A DNA stretch of 64,000 nt from the NCBI RefSeq assembly GCF_002105155.1, contig NW_019029005.1, positions 434,001-498,000 on the forward strand. Direction: 5' to 3'. Source of the stretch: Lobosporangium transversale. Its lineage: Eukaryota. Shown piece by piece: positions 63,979 to 64,000 of this stretch. The translations under genes were made by a program, and so were the position numbers. Each line of letters begins with the position of its first letter. Position 1 is the first letter of the stretch. The notes below the pieces were generated by a model. That model saw only the letters and a program-made list of their open reading frames with translations, was not told the origin of the DNA and did no database searches.

Positions 63979-64000
63979 GTGGAGCCGCTACAAATAAGAA

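Overview
Gene-dense, intron-rich fungal genomic DNA. It has GT-AG introns and very long poly(A)/poly(T) tracts, and the gene content and style suggest an early-diverging fungus, probably Mortierellaceae (inference). Almost every gene carries single-base frameshifts that look like uncorrected sequencing errors, so the ORF track is fragmented and the gene spans below are hand-reconstructed and approximate. About 18 protein-coding genes are supported: a Cdc15/Cdc7/SepH-type kinase with a C1 domain, a Coa2-like small membrane protein, two hypothetical proteins, a polytopic membrane protein, an LtrA-family protein, four kelch-repeat single-pass receptor-like paralogs, an Rtc5-like TLDc protein, an S41 peptidase, a TPX2 homolog, ChaC, BORCS8, a Nup1/Nup153-like nucleoporin with two RanBP2 zinc fingers, a Bni4/Phactr-type PP1 regulator and cyclin Y. 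Three observations stand out. (1) A decayed PIN/XPG-nuclease ORF relic at about 46.1-48.0 kb with an internal inverted repeat of about 70 bp, not evident from the ORF track. (2) A mosaic inverted pair of kelch receptor-like genes with near-identical ends and a sharply divergent ectodomain core. (3) Several genes resembling animal or plant proteins more than budding-yeast ones (TPX2, cyclin Y, zinc-finger Nup153, BORCS8). No rRNA, tRNA or CRISPR array was recognised.
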